The translations under genes and the position numbers were made by a program. Of a stretch of 64,000 nucleotides of DNA, positions 11,765 through 23,893 are shown one piece after another. This DNA comes from Hormiphora californensis (taxonomy: Eukaryota > Animalia > Ctenophora). The number at the start of each line of letters is the position of its first letter. The stretch's first letter is position 1. The notes beneath the pieces are model-generated. The model was not told where the DNA came from, ran no database searches, and worked only from the letters and a program-made list of their open reading frames with translations. Location of the stretch: NCBI GenBank assembly GCA_020137815.1, contig CM035353.1, positions 3,410,001-3,474,000 on the forward strand. Reading direction: 5' to 3'.

Positions 11765-12674
11765 CTGTAGATCAGTTAATTAATAATCAACCTATACACC
11801 TGTAGATTAGTTAATTAATAATCAACCTATCCACCTGTAGATCAGTTAATAAATAATCAACCTATCCACCTGTAGATCAGTTAATAAATAATCAACCTAT
11901 CCACCTGTAGATCAGTTAATTAATAATCAACCTATCCACCTGTAGATCAGTTAATTAATAATCAACCTATCCACCTGTAGATCAGTTAATTAATAATCAA
12001 CCTATCCACCTGTAGATCAGTTAATTAATAATCAACCTATCCACCTGTAGATCAGTTAATTAATAATCAACCTATCCACCTGTAGATCAGTTAATTAATA
12101 ATCAACCTATCCACCTGTAGATCAGTTAATTAATAATCAACCTATCCACCTGTAGATCAGTTAATTAATAATCAACCTATCCACCTGTAGATCAGTTAAT
12201 TAATAATCAACCTATCCACCTGAAGATCAGTTAATAAATAATCAACCTATCCACCTGTAGATCAGTTAATTAATAATCAACCTATCCACCTGTAGATCAG
12301 TTAATTAATAATCAACCTATCCACCTGTAGATCAGTTAATTAATAATCAACCTATCCACCTGTAGATCAGTTAATTAATAATCAACCTATCCACCTGTAG
12401 ATCAGTTAATTAATAATCAACCTATCCACCTGTAGATCAGTTAATTAATAATCAACCTATCCACCTGTAGATCAGTTACAGTCGGACCCCGATTTACCGG
12501 GATGCTCGGGGGAAAGGGTTTTGCCCGGTAAATCGGGGTGCCCGGTATATCGGGGTCAAATACTGTTAATTTTCTACTTCGGGGGAAGATTATGCTCCCG
12601 GTAAATCGGGGTTCCGGTAAATCGGGGCCCGGTAAATCGGGGTCCGACTGTAATTAATAATCAACCTATCCACC
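11752..12674 (-). repeat. 35-bp tandem array (about 21 copies) of the exon 2 acceptor site, interrupted by a MITE
   Basis: Unit ATCAACCTATCCACCTGTAGATCAGTTAATTAATA; the acceptor recurs every 35 bp from 11765 to 12465. Confidence 0.97.
12479..12650. mobile_element. Tc1/pogo-type MITE with TA duplication
   Basis: TA|CAGTCGGACCCCGATTTA...TAAATCGGGGTCCGACTG|TA; related copies at 26004-26180 and 43121-43218. Confidence 0.9.
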
Positions 12675-13118
12675 CTGGATCAATAAACAATACAGGGTGT
12701 GATCTGCATGTCGTGTTTGCTAGTCGCGAGCGCGCTTGCGAGACGAGCAAACACGCCAAGGTTCATAAACAAGCATGCTGCTCAGTCATTTTAGATTTAG
12801 GACAAAATGTAAGGGTACCATGCAATAACTGAGACTTTTGCCGTCACCCTATGAAAAACGGAACAGTACACGCAAACTGATGCCCATTTTCCTCGCGTGA
12901 CCCCGATTCAGCAGTTTGAGACACCAACTCTTTATGGGCCATATCTCAGGAACCAGACAAGATATAAAAACTCGCCGTAAAACGAGACATGATACAGTTT
13001 TTAATTTCTAGTTTACCACTGTACCGGCCGTTTAACTCTCCGACCTAAAACAAAAATCTTGTCTGGTTCCTGAGATACTATATTTAACGAACGTGGTTGA
13101 ACGTGTTTAATTAAATAC

Positions 13119-13256
13119 CTCCATCTTAACAGACGACAGCTCATCATTAAGTTTATCCAGTTCGATACGTGCAGCGATTTCTCTCTCCGATGGTACATCT
13201 CCACCTTTCTTCTCAGCTTCCCCACCCTTGCTTTTCTTTCCCTTTTTACCTGCCAT
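13119..13256 (-). CDS. CCDC166: CCDC166-like exon 1 (start)
   Basis: MAGKKGKKSKGGEAEKKGGDVPSEREIAARIELDKLNDELSSVKME|gtattt; 138 nt; acceptor-like cccactag 12 nt upstream of the ATG. Confidence 0.8.
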
Positions 13257-13612
13257 CACATATAATAACTAGTGGGAAAGTGGGAATTTTAAGGGAGCCT
13301 CATTGTGTTTTTAACCGCACAACAACAAAACCAACTATGTACATGTGGTTAAATGTTTGCAATTGGGCGACTTCGTAACCATGAGTAATGTCCTAACCCG
13401 CCTAGTGCACTGGTGGCTGGGCAAGGTTACGTGGCCCGTGAATTCTCGGAATTGAAATGGCAGAATATTGGGAAAAAGAAGATGCTAGAAGGGTAACATC
13501 AAATCATTCGTTAAAAAAGAAGAAAAGCAACGGAAAATCATACAGTCCATTGACATCGCTAGCTTCTTCATTATCCAATTGTGTCCACATGTCATGGTAG
13601 TTAAAAAGTGTT

Positions 13613-15804
13613 TCATCCCTTGACCGCTTTAGTACCAGGATAGGTATCAGGATAGGCAAACTCTGTGTCCCTTAGGACGACAAATGCTATTTTACTGTGC
13701 GGATTCACATGACTCTTCACCCCAAGTTCAGTCATGAAGTTGATCTTTTCACCGTCTACAACCTGTAGTAGGGAGATACTATAGTAGTAGGGAGATACTA
13801 TAGTAGTAGGGAGATACTAGTAGTAGGGATACACTAGTAGTTGGGAGATACTAGTAGTTGGGAGATACTAGTAGTAGGGAGATACTAGTAGTAGGGAGAT
13901 ACTAGTAGTTGGGAGATACTAAATTAGTAGTTGGGAGATACTAGTAGTTGGGAGATACTAAATTAGTAGTTGGGAGATACTAAATTAGTAGTTGGGAGAT
14001 ACTAAATTAGTAGTTGGGAGACATTAAATTAGTAGTTGGGAGATACTAAATTAGTAGTTGGGAGACACTAAATTAGTAGTTGGGAGACACTAAATTAGTA
14101 GTTGGGAGACATTAAATTAGTAGTTGGGAGATACTAAATTAGTAGTTGGGAGACACTAAATTAGTAGTTGGGAGACACTAAATTAGTAGTTCGGAGACAC
14201 TAAATTAGTAGTTCGGAGATACTAAATTAGTAGTTGGGAGATACTAAATTAGTAGTTGGGAGACAATACTACTATAATTAGCAATATTAGTGTTTCACGT
14301 AATGGCAATAATATCCGATTCGTTCAACCATGATTGTATGAATTAGGAGTTAAAGGAACTCAACACAAGACGCCTCCCACTGAGAGTGCTTAACTGGTTA
14401 CCCAAGAGCGAATAACAAAGGGAAATGATTTGTTTGACGTAACCATTTAAATCGTTTCCCTTTGTAATTGTTGAGAGGAATTCAATCAGGAACCGACCGA
14501 ATCAGGAAATGCTGGTCCCTGATTGGCTGATAACCAGTCACGTTACCTAAATAACGAGTTCTGATTGGTTGTTGTCGGTCGGTTCCTGCATTCAATCAAT
14601 AAACATACCTGAGTGTTAACAGACTCCACTTGAATGTTATAAATGCCTTCCAGATATTCCCTTATCTCAGGCTTGCTCATCTACGTCGGGTGAATAATAT
14701 TATTAGAACCAAAAACACTGTTTCGAGGATGTCGTTCATAAAATTCGTTTGAGACAGCTTTCGTTCGAGACTAATTCTATAATTGAATTTGCAACAAAAA
14801 CTCCACCCACGTCGCCCAAGTAGCGATTTCAATTTATAATGTCTAAGAAGAATTTTGCTTTGATTATGTTTTATAAATTCCTGGAAATATTAAAGAGTCC
14901 AATCGAAGCTGTCATTTCATGTCCCCTACAACAAGAATATCAAGATTTGACACTTGTGCCAATTCTGGATTCCCCGTATCTTGAGCTCTTCCTCCGTTGA
15001 GCTCTTCGTTTCGCCCTATTAACTATCTTTCTCACGCATAAATAGTATTTATAATTCTTTGACTGGGACTGGTCTTTATAATTCTTTTACAGCAAAAACG
15101 GTTGTTGCAGGAACAAAATGTTTCTCAGAAGACCCCCCACCCCAAATCGGACCTTCTGAATCGTTTAAGCTTGCCAAGCTTAGCTTGGTCTGAGTCTCTA
15201 CGATTGAGCCAGCTGCTCGTTATCTCAAACGGGTTGACATGACATAGGTTACCTACAACTATGGCTCATGCAAATATGGTTCATAGAACCTAGCCCAGAA
15301 TCTATGAGTCATAGTTGCTTGAGCCATCTTAAAATTTAGACCTAAACGCATATATTTTGACTTGGTAATGAAATTACCCCTCTGTTATTATTGCTCACGG
15401 AGGGGTGTCTTCGTAACCAATATTTTGACCCGGTCCCAGGAGAACAGCTAATTTCAGAATTCAGAATTCAACGCTTATTAGCACATCTCACCTGAAAGGA
15501 GCATTCGAATTTCACGGTATTTTTAGGCAGGTTCTGAGAGGGTGGAACAACACGCATCCAGTATTGTGGAAATAGCACCGTCGGCCTACAGAGAGATAGA
15601 TGTGTTATCACAATAAGTAACATACTAACATATCACAACGTCACAGGACAGATTGATTGAGGGAGAGGAAATAAAAATAAACAGTTTCATCAGTAAAATG
15701 CAGTTTTAAACCCACCTCTCTCCTCTGCCTTTACACGCAGCAACATGGTGCTTCCACAGTCGGGGACTGACGCACTGCCTTCCAAACAATAGTGACCTTG
15801 GCAT
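13613..15804 (-). CDS. MRPL23: Mitochondrial ribosomal protein L23 (uL23m), 4 exons, about 134 aa
   Basis: Exons 15716-15804, 15492-15585, 14609-14680 and 13613-13762, all GT-AG with compatible phases. Protein ...PTVLFPQYWMRVVPPSQNLPKNTVKFECSFQMSKPEIREYLEGIYNIQVESVNT...KIAFVVLRDTEFAYPD matches the MRPL23 pattern. Confidence 0.9.
13765..14270. repeat. Minisatellite (units of about 17-22 bp, TAGTAG(T)TGGGAGATAC) abutting the last MRPL23 acceptor
   Basis: Unit variants change progressively along the array, which begins at the AG of intron 3. Confidence 0.92.
14487..14588. mobile_element. hAT-type MITE (CAGGAACCGAC TIR)
   Basis: TIRs present; 8-bp TSD AATTCAAT/CATTCAAT; a second copy lies in opposite orientation at 31271-31379. 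Confidence 0.85.
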
Positions 15805-16545
15805 CCTACATACACGGGGAGAATGTTAATTAATTATGGTCATCACTACTTAATTATGTACCGATAATTAGCAAAATACGATTATCGTTCTTACAGCTTG
15901 TCACTAAGGGGTTGTGGGGCTGGGGCGCGCCGAATGAGTGCTGAAACCAAGAGCTTTCAATACAACGATGGCGCGCGGAGGTTGTGTTTTCGAAACTTTA
16001 GATAGAAGTTGATAGCACTTGGTTGTGGTTATTGGACGAGGGTCAGGGGGTTGTCACAGTTGACAGAACGTATGACGTAAGGGGGGAGATTAAAAAGACG
16101 ATATTTGATTTTAACCATAGTCAGATATATACAGATATTTATCGGTAATGAATAATAAACTTCGAGCAAACAGAGAAAAAAAATACTAAATGATAAATTA
16201 CCCCATTTTCCAGTTGAATCTGAACAAATTAAACTGAATTTTCTGTCTCAAATAATGGTTAAAAACACAGCTGACTCTCTCATTTTGATACACACTAGTT
16301 TTATAACCGTTTCCACATGCATATTATAATATCTGCATAACTTAACACTAAACTTAACACTAAAAGCTAAAATAATACATAACTATTATAACAGAGCTGT
16401 AACAGTACATTTATCTAAACTATTATTTAAAACTTTCTGTATTACCCACTCAACTCACTTTGATATTATCTAGCTGTTTCTTTCTCCAACAAGCGCTAAA
16501 AACACACAATGCGTGTTTGAAATGACACCTTCAAAAATTCCGACT

Positions 16546-17331
16546 TTAATCATTTATCTCAACTGTCTCTCTGGGTGTCTCTCTAGGTCGGAATGACTCT
16601 TTGCTTTTTAAGAAGTGGAACATATCCCCATCCCACAATAACATCACTTCGCTTGACCTATCTGAGGAACCCTCATATACAGGGAACCCTGTTGTATGAA
16701 TAACAACACACCTCACGTTATACTTGTATTCCAACACGGGGATATCCTCAAACCCCCAATTATCCTTCATTTCCACTCCGTCAGCAGCGAGGAAAACCTT
16801 CAACTTTCCATCAAATACCCCTCCCTTTGAGCAGGCGATGGTATCCAGTAATTCCTGGCCACCGATTGCGTCAGTTTTAGTCTTGCCATGATACCGAACC
16901 GCATAGTAGAACGCGTAAATAAGGGATTTTACTGGTGTTTCATTAATTATAACTGCATGACCCTTCTCGATCAGGACAGGCATTGTGATATACTGCTGCA
17001 GTGCTGTAGAGCTCGTAATTGTTATTGAAAATGTTATATCAACCTCATCAGATAATATGGCCTGTGCCTCCTTCACTAGCACCTTAGACTTCAGCTCCCA
17101 CAGGTATGCTTCCCGGCTAAACATGTTGGACTTACTTTTACAACTGAACGAAACATAACATTTCGTGTTGATGGGGGCTCGAGCACGGCATCGTTGAAGC
17201 AGGAGCCCTATCGCTGAGTCAACATGATCGAGAGATGTGTCGGGTTTTAACCCTTCAATTTTCCATGTCCTTCCCAGTCCTTGTCCGGTCTCTACACCTC
17301 CAACGATCTGTAGCGTGTTAGAGCTGGACAT
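16546..17331 (-). CDS. 261-aa intronless protein resembling the N-terminal terminal-protein plus vOTU-like region of Polinton/adintovirus pPolB, with predicted catalytic residues replaced
   Basis: Intact ORF with an upstream cacgcag acceptor. Motifs HAVIINETPVKSLIYAF / GFEDIPVLEYKYNVRCVVI / VMLLWDGDMFHFLKSKESF parallel the recalled pPolB pattern N-xx-C-(L/F)-xxA / GxxDIxxFExxLxxxIxV / LxLxDxHY. Confidence 0.6.
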   Translation of the reverse strand: MSSSNTLQIVGGVETGQGLGRTWKIEGLKPDTSLDHVDSAIGLLLQRCRARAPINTKCYVSFSCKSKSNMFSREAYLWELKSKVLVKEAQAILSDEVDITFSITITSSTALQQYITMPVLIEKGHAVIINETPVKSLIYAFYYAVRYHGKTKTDAIGGQELLDTIACSKGGVFDGKLKVFLAADGVEMKDNWGFEDIPVLEYKYNVRCVVIHTTGFPVYEGSSDRSSEVMLLWDGDMFHFLKSKESFRPRETPRETVEIND

Positions 17332-17667
17332 GAGGGCAGCATTATGACGTCATCTGCGTGATTCTGTGTGCTATACCATGTTACATCTTGACACTAAATA
17401 CTATTGAGCACATCACGCCTAGATAAGGGAATAACAGTGGGTTTATAGTACATCATAACAGTGGATTCCTTTCTGATTTGTCGAAATATGGATAGATTAA
17501 GAAAAGGGAACACATTTCCCGATCAGGATAAATTGTCTCAAATTTTAACCATATAATTATCATGGCCAGGAAAAAAAAGGTTGAAAATAAAAAGGTAAGA
17601 ACTGCGTCAAAACAACAATCAATTTAGCTCTTATACACACACCTCGCTCCTTTCCCGTTCCCAACTC

Positions 17668-20600
17668 TCACCTAGCCGATTCCTTGTCCTTCTTAGCTTC
17701 TAAAACACTGGTAGCCAAGGCCTTGGCACCCTTGTTAGATGACCCTCTTAACTTCTCCAGGTAATAATCCATACTGCCCCCACTGTGCTCCCTCAGTGTC
17801 TGCACAATACCCACCACCTTCCCATGTACACTAGGATTAGTGTGTTCCTGCTCAGGACACGTGCACGCACGCCTAACAGAATGTCAATGGTGTGGGCAGT
17901 GATCCGGGGCCAGCCATGGTGGAGCAGTAATGCGAGACACTGGATACACATCACCCTCAATTCAGTGTCCTCTACCTTTCATATATTCGATAACCAGCGT
18001 CAGCACTGATTTGAGATGTTTTATGATGATGTTATCGAAGGTTGTGATGAGTCGTCGGAGGCCTTTAGCGTATATCACTTTCTTGTCAGTTGTTGTGACA
18101 TAAGCAGCTTGTTCGAGGTATTCAATCATGTAGTGGTCATATTCACTTGATTTCCACAGCTCCTGTTAGCTGTGTCGGGGGGTATTCCAGCAGGTTCATC
18201 AAATCCATGCTGCACGGTACTGCCTTCTCGAGACACGCCGCGCTGGAATGAAACATTATCTTCCGGAGATGCTCCCGGTACACCTTATCCAGGCCGTTGT
18301 TCCGGAGCTGGGCCCGGCCGATATACTGGACAATGGAGGAGAGAGCCTGGACTCCAATGAGGATGTTCTCCTCATTATCAGGGGATGATAGGAGTTGGAG
18401 GCAGGGTGGTGAGAGTTTGGTGATGTGGAGTCCAATGTAGGGGAACCTGATGTGCTTCATCATCCTGAGAAGGAGGGAGGGGGAGCTAGAGGGGGACTAG
18501 GGGGTGACTAGGGTGACCGGGGTGACTAGGGGGAGGGGGGACTAGTGTGACTAGGGAGGGGGGACTAGGGAGGGCCAGGGTGGGGACTAAAGGGACTAGT
18601 CACTAGGGGGAGCTGGGGGGGGGGGGGGCTCACAGAGAACAGAGGCATTAGTTGCCTACAAGAAAACAGGGACATGTAAAATGTATCGTGAGGGGGAGAT
18701 AGCTGGAGAAATGGGTTACATTAGGATTGCAGGGGAGTGCTAGTGTAATAATATATACCAATGGAAGACGTGTTTAGGAGCTTTCAGTGTATTGATTTCC
18801 TCCTTTAGTGGGAGGATGATTCTTAACAACAACCCCTCCAGTATCGAATCTAAAAACAAAGGATTTGTCAATACAACAAAATAGATTTACATTATATTCC
18901 TTGGAACGGGTGCCTTCACTCTTCAATATGATTCATGTCTAAATTAATTTCAAGTGGCTAAGATTTGGCTACTTTTCCTGATTACCCCAGCTCACCTTTA
19001 TGCTCCTCAGGGTGAAAGAGAATACTCCGTAGTAGATCTCCCTGTTTTTCAAATTTCCACTTTAGCCGGTGCTCTTCCCCTGAAATATTTGGAGTGAGAT
19101 GTCATTGAATCTGCAGGTACCACACGGTAAATCAAGCGCGGAGGGTGGGGGATGGGGTGAGTAAATCAGGCGGAGGGGGTGGGTGGGGGTGGTAAATCAC
19201 TAATCAGGGGGGTGGTTAAATCACTAATCAGGGGGGTGGTAAATCACTAATCATGGGCCGGTAAATGGGGGTCCGACAGATCAGATCAACTCACCGATCT
19301 CAAGGAGGACATTAAAATCAATTTTGGGGTATGTTTTTGTTATGATCTTGACAATTCCCTTGAGAGTTTTGTCGGAATTTGGTAGGTTTAAAGTTGAGTG
19401 AGCCGCAATCAAATACACCAGCTGAACCTCCAGACTTAAAATGTGTGTATGCCACCTGATGATGCGGAGGGTTTTAAATGAAACTGAAAACCAAAATCAA
19501 ATCTTTACCCTAAGACAAAGACGAAATGCCTTTATAGATTTGAAGAAAAGCTTCTTCACCTACTGAGATATCAATTAGTAACTTCTGACCCCCCTTCTAA
19601 AAGTACTGGGGCCATGGCGTACCCTGCCCCCCCCCCCTTATAACATGGCCGTCAGTGTTTTCTAAGACGTCTTTAACAAACAAACAAACAAACAAACAAA
19701 CATACCTGGCAGTCAGTGTTTCCTGGTCTAGTGTGATGTAAAACACGCTCAGTAGCAAGTCCTAAAAGTAGGGGATCTGTTATTAGCAGCTGGAGAGAAG
19801 ATCAGTAATATTCGGCAGAATCGGGGCATGGTTGTCGAAAATGAGATTTGTATTTTTAAGTTTACCTGTAGCTTTTCATTCATTTTCTCGTCTTCTGCTT
19901 TGTAACTGTTCATATCCTCGACTAGTTTGTCGAGCAGTGTAGCTAGAAAGTCAACCAGATCGTCGTTGTATTCGAAATTCTAGAAGATATTGATAGGCAT
20001 TAATCACACATGTATTATATTCGTAACACCGGTAACACGCACATTACACATACACACACATATTAGGAAATAATGCAAAAATGGGTGTTTTAAACATGAC
20101 GTTTGTCGATATATATAATGGTGTGCTCCGTCATACTGATCTCAGAGAATGCTCAATTTTGTCGCACCGTGGAGGGCGTTGTGTGGGGCAATATAACGGA
20201 GCACCACTGTCACCTCTCTGAAGCTGGAAAATGTCGGTAGAATCTCAAAGAATTTGTCGAGTAACTTCACTCTATCAATATGTGGTTCGTTCCATAGGTC
20301 CGAAAATGTGATAGTGAGGGTCCGCAGGGGGATTACTGTCGGGTCTATCCTAGGAATAAGGGAGGGAGTGAGGGAGACATAGAATATTTAGGAAGATATT
20401 GAGAGATAGGGTGGTAGTGAGATACCGAGTGCACTCGAGTGGGAGAGAGAGACCGAGTTGGAGATATAATAATAATAGCTAGAGGGGGATGGATGACTGA
20501 TGAGAGAGAACTACCTGTTAAAAGTAAGGAGAGGCACCTGGACAGCCTCCCTACTAACCGTATCATCATAGAACTGCAACACCAACTGCTTCATACTGAT

Positions 20601-20848
20601 TAATAGATCCTGTGATATATGGAGAGATGGGGATGTAGATAGGGAGGGAGAGAGAGAGAGAAAGTGCATGAAAAAGACACAAGGATCTGAGCAAACTTCT
20701 ACCGAGAGTTCATTTGTGGCGTATATATTCTAAAACATACCTCTAAGTCCATATTAGCAGCTATGTCAAGAAGAGGGGCAACTGCAAGGGATTTCATGAC
20801 ACAAGATAGAACCTCCTCCTCGTCCTGCGCCGTCATCGACGAAGTCAT
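17668..20848 (-). CDS. TTI2: TELO2-interacting protein 2, about 9 exons, with several apparent frameshifts
   Basis: Approximate exons 20741-20848, 20559-20609, 20214-20349, 19866-19979, 19706-19761, 19295-19455, 18996-19110, 18759-18849 and 17668-18464. KHVFHW..ENILIGVQALSSIV..IIKHLKSVL..LLHHGWPRI matches TTI2. Confidence 0.8.
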
Positions 20849-20857
20849 ATCTGCTGT

Positions 20858-21306
20858 AGCCATGGTAACGGGGGCTGTTTGGTAACGATGGCAACGGGAT
20901 GTTTGGTAACGATGGCAACGGGCAGTTTGGTAACGATGGTAACGGGCTGTTTTTTAACGATGGTAATGGGATGTTTCAGTTACTTTGGTAACGATGGCAG
21001 CGGGATGTTTGGTAACGATGGTAACGGGATGTTTGGTAACGATGGTAACGGGATGTTTGGTAACGATGGCAACGGGATGTTTGGTAACGATGGTAACGGG
21101 ATGTTTCAGTTACTTTGGTAACGATGGCAATGGGATATTTGGTAACGATGGTAACGGGATGTTTCAGTTACTTTGGTAACGATGGTAACGGGATGTTTGG
21201 TATCGATGGTAACGGGATGTTTCAGTTACTTTGGTAACGATGGCAATGGGATGTTTGGTAACGATGGTAACGGGATGTTTCAGTTACTTTGGTAACGGTG
21301 GTAACG
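20858..21306. repeat. 24-bp minisatellite GTTTGGTAACGATGG(C/T)AACGGGAT between enolase and TTI2
   Basis: Period 24 with occasional CAGTTACTT inserts; ends at the acceptor upstream of the TTI2 ATG. Confidence 0.92.
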
Positions 21307-21562
21307 AGGCCGGCCGATTTAGGAGCCATTTAAACAACTTTGGTTTGCTTGAAAAATGGACAATAAATTATTATAATCAAGTGGTACATTTGGAGGTAAA
21401 ACATATACGTAACCATTATGGAGACTAACTATATTTCAAAAAAAATCATGTTTCATGCAACAAAACACATTTTTTAAAAGAGGGAGAGGGCCTTCACAAA
21501 AAATAATGAGCACCTTAAATAACAGTCCTCTTGTATGAAATGACGTCACAGTGACGTATTGT

Positions 21563-22866
21563 TTACAGTGGTTTCCGGAAGTTAACACCAGCAAAGACAG
21601 CATCATCACCCAGCTCCTCCTCAATCCTCAGTATCTGGTTGTACTTTGCCAGCCGCTCACTCCTGCACGGGGCCCCTGTCTTGATTTGTCCAGTGGAGAG
21701 GCCCACAACAAGATCCCCGATGAAGGTGTCCTCGGTCTCCCCGGATCTGTGGGACACCATGACTCCCCATCCGGCTGCCTGGGCCATCTTGCAGGCCTCA
21801 ATGGACTCCGTCACCGATCCAATTTGGTTTACCTTGAGCAGGAGCGCGTTGCAGGACTTCTTCTCGATGGCATCTTTGATTCTCTTTGGGTTGGTCACCA
21901 GAAGATCATCACCCACGATTTGGATGGGTGTCTGGGATGTCAGTTTGCTCCACGCGTCCCAGTGGTCCTGGTCAAAGGGATCCTCGATGGAGAGAACGGG
22001 GTAGGATTTAATGAAGTCAAGGTAGACATCACCCAGTGCATCGGATGATAGATAATCCTCTTCTTTCGAATCCTTGTTCTTGAAATCCAGATCATATTTG
22101 AGGTCCTTGTGGAACTCAGATGCCGCTACATCCATACCAATGATCACCTTTCCATCGTGTCCTGCTCGCCGAATTGCCTCCATGACCAGCTCTAATCCCT
22201 CCCTGTTGTCCTGGATGTTGGGTGCGAAACCTCCCTCATCACCCACATTAGTGGCATCCATCCCATATTTGGACTTGATAACCGCTTTGAGGTTGTGGTA
22301 TACCTCACTGCCAATCTTCATGGCCTCCGTGAAAGAGCTGGCACCAGTGGGGAGGATCATAAACTCCTGCATAGCCTAACTTGTTGCCCGCGTGGGAACC
22401 ACCGTTAATGACATTGAAAGCTGGAACTGGAAGAATAACTTTGTCATTGCCAGCCAGCTTCGCAATATGCCGGTACAGCGGGATGCCATTTTCCGCAGCG
22501 CCTGCCTTACAAACAGCCAGGGAGATCCCCAGAATAGGCATTGGCACCCAGTTTGCTCTTTAGCTCAGTTCCATCCATATCAATCATGAAGTTATCAATA
22601 GCAGCTTGCTCCGTGACACTGAACCCCTTTTCAATCAGTGCAGGTCCGAGAATGGTATTAACATTTGCAACTGCCTTGCTCACATCCTTGCCCATGTAGT
22701 TTGACTTGTCTCCATCACGGAGTTCAAGTGCCTCGTAGATACCGGTCGAGGCACCGGAGGGTACGGCACCACGGAAAAGGCCCTTCTCGGTGGTGATATC
22801 AACCTCGACAGTTGGATTTCCTCGACTGTCGAAGATCCTCCGGGCATGGACTGATTGGATAGACAT
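21563..22866 (-). CDS. ENO: Enolase, intronless CDS with two apparent +1 frameshifts (near 22537 and 22376)
   Basis: [60 protein letters not shown] and [10 protein letters not shown] are spread over three ORFs. Removing 2 bases gives 433 aa. Confidence 0.97.
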
Positions 22867-22872
22867 TGCTAC

Positions 22873-23893
22873 TGGGATATAAGCAGAGTGGTTACTGGTT
22901 AGATATATTGGGATAAGCAGAGTGGTTACTGGTTAGATATATTGGGATAAGCAGAGTGGTTACTGGTTAGATATATAATTGGGATGGGGGGGTTCCGGCC
23001 GGAATTTTTGAGGATTTTTGAGGTCACCTCAAAAATCCTCATTTATTATTTGCTGGACAAGCCCTCAAAAATCCTCAAAAATCCTCAAAAATCCTCAAAA
23101 ATGTTTCGTTCTATTTAAACATAAACACAGCAAATGCCCGATAAAAAACAATAATAGACTATATTTTAGAGGTATAAAATGCACTGATTATCAATTCAAG
23201 TGCTCTTGCCTGTGCTCTTTGGCTTCCCACACTTGAAGCACTGCTTTCTTTTAGGAAAGTTATTAACTTCACATGCTTGAAAAGACCCCGGTGCCCAGAT
23301 TTTCAAAATTTTAGATAAATACGATTTCCAGTCAAATATGCTGTCAACTTTGTCTCAAAAATCAAAGATTTTGCTGCCTAGTAAGATAAATGTCTAGAAA
23401 ATTTTTAGAAATCGTTTATAAAGTTTTTGAAAGTTTAAAAAAAAGTGTCCCCACCCGGGCCCGGTCGGGAATCGAACCCGGGCCTCACGCGTCAGAGTGG
23501 AGGCAGCACACTGCACAGGCAGCACAAATTTACCCCATATTTACATTGACGATTTCGCCTCATTTTGAGGATTTTTGAGGATGTTTTTAGGACCATCACC
23601 AGGGTATCTGGGAAAATTGTCTAACTGTTTTACTCCTATTAAGGAATGTGTATGCCCAATAATATGCGTAATCGTCAAAATTTTTGTAAAAACTATAAAA
23701 TAATTGTTGAGGATTATTGAGGATTTTTGAGGATTTTTGAGGATTTTTGAGGGGCCTCATTAATTCGAAAAACGCTGGACAAGACCTCATCCTCATTAAT
23801 TATTGGCCGGCACCCCCCCATTGGGATAAGCAGAGTGGTTACTGGTTAGATATATTGGGATAAGCAGAGTGGTTACTGGTTAGATATATTGGG
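22873..23893. repeat. 34-bp tandem repeat (about 5 copies) directly upstream of the enolase ATG, split by a MITE
   Basis: Unit TGGGATAAGCAGAGTGGTTACTGGTTAGATATAT; 3 copies left and 2 right of the insertion. Confidence 0.92.
22986..23819. mobile_element. TIR non-autonomous DNA transposon carrying a tRNA-like B-box fragment
   Basis: TIR GGGGGGGT(T/G)CCGGCC; 8-bp TSD ATTGGGAT; subterminal TGAGGATTTT repeats; GGTTCGATTCC on the minus strand near 23470. Confidence 0.85.

Noticed and set aside
20879-21428. MVTMATGC / MFGNDGNG repeat proteins
   Set aside because: Translations of a 24-bp minisatellite with frame-breaking inserts.
21563-22866. Programmed frameshifting or a processed pseudogene of enolase
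   Set aside because: No slippery sites, no poly(A) or TSD, catalytic motifs intact, and the same +1 error pattern occurs in TTI2 and the LINE.
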